From assembly GCF_001194135.2 (NCBI RefSeq), contig NC_068985.1, positions 80,466,352 through 80,499,318 on the forward strand: DNA of 32,967 nt, read 5' to 3'. Origin of the DNA: Octopus bimaculoides. Its lineage: Eukaryota. Below are positions 32,347 through 32,967 of the stretch, in pieces (the first letter of the stretch is position 1; the number at the start of each line of letters is the position of its first letter). Below the pieces are notes generated by a model. It was given only the letters and a program-made list of their open reading frames with translations. It made no database searches and was not told the origin of the DNA. The position numbers and the translations under genes were made by a program.

Positions 32347-32908
32347 ATGTTTGGGATTAAGGGACAGGTGTTGCAGCTGAATAAGGAGGAGGGGGAAGAG
32401 GAGGAAAAGGGTACAACCTGGGTATGGTAAGGGATTAAGCTGTTGACTAGAAAGTTACAGGGATTGCAATCTCGTTAGCAGAAAAGGTGTGGACAAACGG
32501 AGAAATTATAGGAAGTGGAGAGGTTAGATTGGAGAAGACAGAAGTGCTGTATGATGTGTGCGTTGGATCTGTTTACGACGGTAAGAATAGTAGTGTGATC
32601 CTGAAACAGATGAAAGCTCGGTATATGGAAAGTGCTGAATGTGTTGGGTGGCTCTCAGACGTTAGACCAACATCCATAACTTCTGTTGGTTTTGCGCAAG
32701 CAAGGTTGTCGTGGGTGGATTACACAACAGCAACAACAACAAAATTATAAAGAAAAGTTCTAAATTCGCTACATAATCTACATATATTATCATTGTGCTG
32801 CCCAGGATACAAGGAAAGCAATTACGGCATTGGAAATTCAGAGAAACAGAGAGAGGAGGAGAAGGAGGATGAGGAGGGAGGGTGAAGGCAGGGAAAAGAG
32901 AAGGGACG

Positions 32909-32912
<4 letters not shown>

Positions 32913-32967
<55 letters not shown>
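32913..32967. repeat. (GA)n microsatellite
   Basis: Perfect GA run to the window end. Confidence 0.98.

Noticed and set aside
32400-32730. Possible decayed LINE RT C-terminus (SIYRAFICFRI on the minus strand)
   Set aside because: Only one weak motif resemblance; needs a profile search.

Overview
Eukaryotic, AT-rich, microsatellite-dense intergenic or intronic DNA with 13 assembly gaps (about 5.1 kb of N). The repeat content and an invertebrate-code cox1 NUMT suggest a coleoid cephalopod, probably Octopus (inference). I found no intact host gene, rRNA, true tRNA or CRISPR array, and most long ORFs in the track are artefacts of N runs or simple repeats. The window is a layered transposon graveyard. 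It holds about ten tRNA-derived SINE copies or fragments, three Penelope-like element (PLE) loci, remnants of Helitron, Merlin, Chapaev-like, mariner and LINE elements, a piggyBac-like MITE, a Mutator-like TIR element, a solo LTR and a cox1 NUMT. The most interesting signals are: (1) a 405-bp in-phase array of inverted nGAAn pentamers, i.e. a giant heat-shock-element-like minisatellite; (2) minimal type I hammerhead ribozyme motifs, including a divergent hammerhead palindrome and one in the tail of a B-box SINE-like element; (3) a PLE whose GIY-YIG nuclease is split by about 700 bp of Ser/Asn/Thr-rich sequence; (4) nested insertions resolvable by target-site duplications. All alignments and counts were done by eye.
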